From the sequence record MK250029.1: a stretch of 32,000 nucleotides of DNA. One strand, given 5' to 3'. This DNA is from Prevotella phage Lak-C1. Of the stretch, positions 31,879 to 32,000 are shown piece by piece. The position numbers and the translations under genes were made by a program. How positions within the stretch are numbered: the stretch's first letter is position 1; each line of letters opens with the position of its first letter. The notes under the pieces were generated by a model. That model did no database searches. It was not told the DNA's origin and was given only the letters and a program-made list of their open reading frames with translations.

Positions 31879-32000
31879 ATGATTAAGGATATAACACAAA
31901 TAGGAAATAAACCTGTTAGTTTTATAAAGGAATTTATTAATAATTGTACAATAGAAGAAAAAATAGATACTCATTATGTCATTGTTGAGATAACATCTAA
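31879..32000 (+). CDS. N-terminal part of a hypothetical protein running off the window
   Basis: ATG 31879, MIKDITQIGNKPVSFIKEFINNCTIEEKIDTHYVIVEITS, open to window end. Confidence 0.6.
   Translation, partial: MIKDITQIGNKPVSFIKEFINNCTIEEKIDTHYVIVEITS

Noticed and set aside
1-32000. tRNA genes, in particular a suppressor tRNA(CUA)
   Set aside because: I found no convincing cloverleaf in the non-coding gaps; it may lie elsewhere in the genome. A tRNAscan-SE run is needed to exclude one here.

Overview
AT-rich phage window, most plausibly from a huge Lak-like or crAss-like bacteriophage of a Bacteroidota/Prevotella-type host (lineage is inference). The dominant signal is genetic-code reassignment. 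At least ~85 in-frame TAG codons interrupt otherwise continuous frames, every complete reconstructed gene ends in TAA, and long frames contain no in-frame TGA. This fits code 15 (TAG=Gln), so the supplied ORF track fragments most large genes. Reading through TAG gives: (i) four tandem plus-strand fibre/coiled-coil paralogues of about 205, 1537, 554 and 2691 aa (1987..17355) sharing an N-terminal 'PGE(x)nAYYYD...' domain; (ii) a 1973-aa minus-strand tape-measure-like protein (24306..30227) with internal repeats; (iii) a 399-aa FEN/T4 RNase H-like nuclease whose recoded TAG falls at the family's conserved Gln (SADADIR-Q-LI); (iv) other structural or hypothetical proteins, a secreted glucosaminidase-like lysin, and a small lipoprotein. 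A repeated intergenic module, a hairpin terminator followed by AATAAATATAAAAAG-like sequence about 33-39 nt before the ATG, precedes the fibre paralogues and recurs elsewhere; it is a strong candidate phage promoter. Internal TAG was checked by hand in the frames quoted; no database search was run.
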